Below, piece after piece: positions 62,681 through 64,000 of a stretch of DNA of 64,000 nt (the stretch's first letter is position 1; the number at the start of each line of letters is the position of its first letter). The translations under genes were made by a program, and so were the position numbers. The DNA comes from Octopus bimaculoides (lineage: Eukaryota). Under the pieces are notes generated by a model. It was given only the letters and a program-made list of their open reading frames with translations. It was not told where the DNA came from and did not search any database. The stretch spans positions 190,831,361 through 190,895,360 of the forward strand of contig NC_068982.1 in the NCBI RefSeq assembly GCF_001194135.2, read 5' to 3'.

Positions 62681-64000
62681 CTTTGAGGTTCTTTTTCTTT
62701 TTCTTCTTCTGCCAGCAACCTGCAATTTTATTTTCACCATAATTATATTCTCTGCTATTGTTTTTTCATTTCTTCTTCTTCTATACTTGCTGCTTTATCT
62801 CTTGTCTCTACCTTTTCACAAAACTCTCCTTTGTTCATGTTGTATTGCTGCTCATATCTAATACAAACCACCATCTACTAAGTAGATTCAGTGGATTGTT
62901 GGTGTTTCTGGATCCAGAACTTAAATTCTGTCTCAAAGCTAAGCATTCTAAATTCTTCCTCTATTTCTAAAGCTGTTCTCTCAATGGAACTGCACTTCAG
63001 TGGATTAGATCTTTCGGTCTTGTGGATTACAGTTAATCAACCTGAAGAATTTGCTTTTCATAATTAATAGACTAACATAACAGTTCTCAACCACGGCTCA
63101 CAAAGCCACAAGCAATCCTCAAAGCATCCTTCCAGCAGCCTTCAAATGTCTTTTCTCTAGAAATGTTATAACTTTTTCTGTAATTGATTTGTATTTCACT
63201 TTTTGGGTAGCCCCCACTAAAAAAAAACTCCAAGTTTTTTTAATCTGGACATAACGAGATATTAAATCTCTGTGGTGAAAATAACGAGATGCTGAAATCA
63301 CCTGAGAAACTTTTGGTTTTTATTTCACTCTCTTCTCATTTCTGTATGTCTGACTGGTTGGTGTTTTGAGGAGTTCCTTCCATGCCCTCCCCACTCACTA
63401 TAGCCAACCATCTCCCTCCCTATCTCTCCTTCACCTTATCATCCCCCACCTACTCTCTGATCTATTATCCCTAATCCACTTCTATCTTTCTCAGCATGCC
63501 CACCCACCAGGCTGCTCCTTCTACCTTGTTCCTCATTCATCTCTACCCCCCCCCCACTTCTAATCATGTCACTCTCTCCACCCCACCCTTCCTGCCAATC
63601 CTCTGTCCTTTTCCTTTCTTGTCTTCCCCTCCTTTATTCTTTGAGGGTCTTCTCTGTGGTACCCTCTTCCCTCCCTCCCTCCCAACCACTTCCACCCAGC
63701 TTTATGTGATGTAGGCTACCCAACCATCTCCTCTACAGCAGGACGCCTCTACTCATACTTGTAGCAACATCTACCCAGGGTGTGTTGGACCAGCTCCGAC
63801 TGAGTTTACCATGTCCCTCATGAATGCTGACCACATCCAACAATCAGGCTGTAATGGACACTCACTCCTGCTTTCACTGCTGAAGACCATAGACTAGACG
63901 CAGGGGCCTGATTGTGCTTCTGTGCTGGTCCCTGTGTCATACTTTAAGCTCCCAACATCTGGCATAAAACCACCTCCCCTAGTCTCACCCCTCCACACAC

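Noticed and set aside
62530-63050. Purine-rich minus-strand coding-like stretch; similar ones at 6880-7020, 36900-37240 and 43400-43540
   Set aside because: Multiple stops and no diagnostic motif. These are probably ancient retroelement debris but cannot be assigned.
63370-63720. C-rich tract as a G-quadruplex or coding region
   Set aside because: Low-complexity pyrimidine tract without regular runs, adjoining probable retroelement leader sequence.

Overview
This is AT-rich animal genomic DNA from a gapped scaffold (N-runs at 621-728, 52781-52906 and 58878-59418). The microsatellite load and SINE/RTE repertoire point to an octopus or other coleoid cephalopod; this is inferred from repeat character, not from a search. 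No long ORF, rRNA, intact tRNA gene or CRISPR array is visible, and nearly all ORF-track entries are translated microsatellites or repeats. The window is mostly intron or intergenic sequence filled with four kinds of repeat: several tRNA-headed SINE families, 3' remnants of at least five RTE-clade LINE lineages, two decayed mariner transposons, and several MITEs with clear TIRs/TSDs. A chain of short, phase-compatible candidate exons on the minus strand may belong to an unidentified gene. The most interesting signals are two kinds of small retroelement carrying minimal type I hammerhead ribozymes. One is a ~240-bp tRNA-headed SINE with an internal hammerhead (2 copies). The other is a 487-bp insertion flanked by a 14-bp direct repeat, with a ~354-nt monomer, a second hammerhead and a terminal fold-back. 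There is also a plus-strand Y-tract-CAG|GTGAGT site resembling a recursive splice site. Repeat boundaries were read by eye and are approximate unless a TSD/TIR is quoted.
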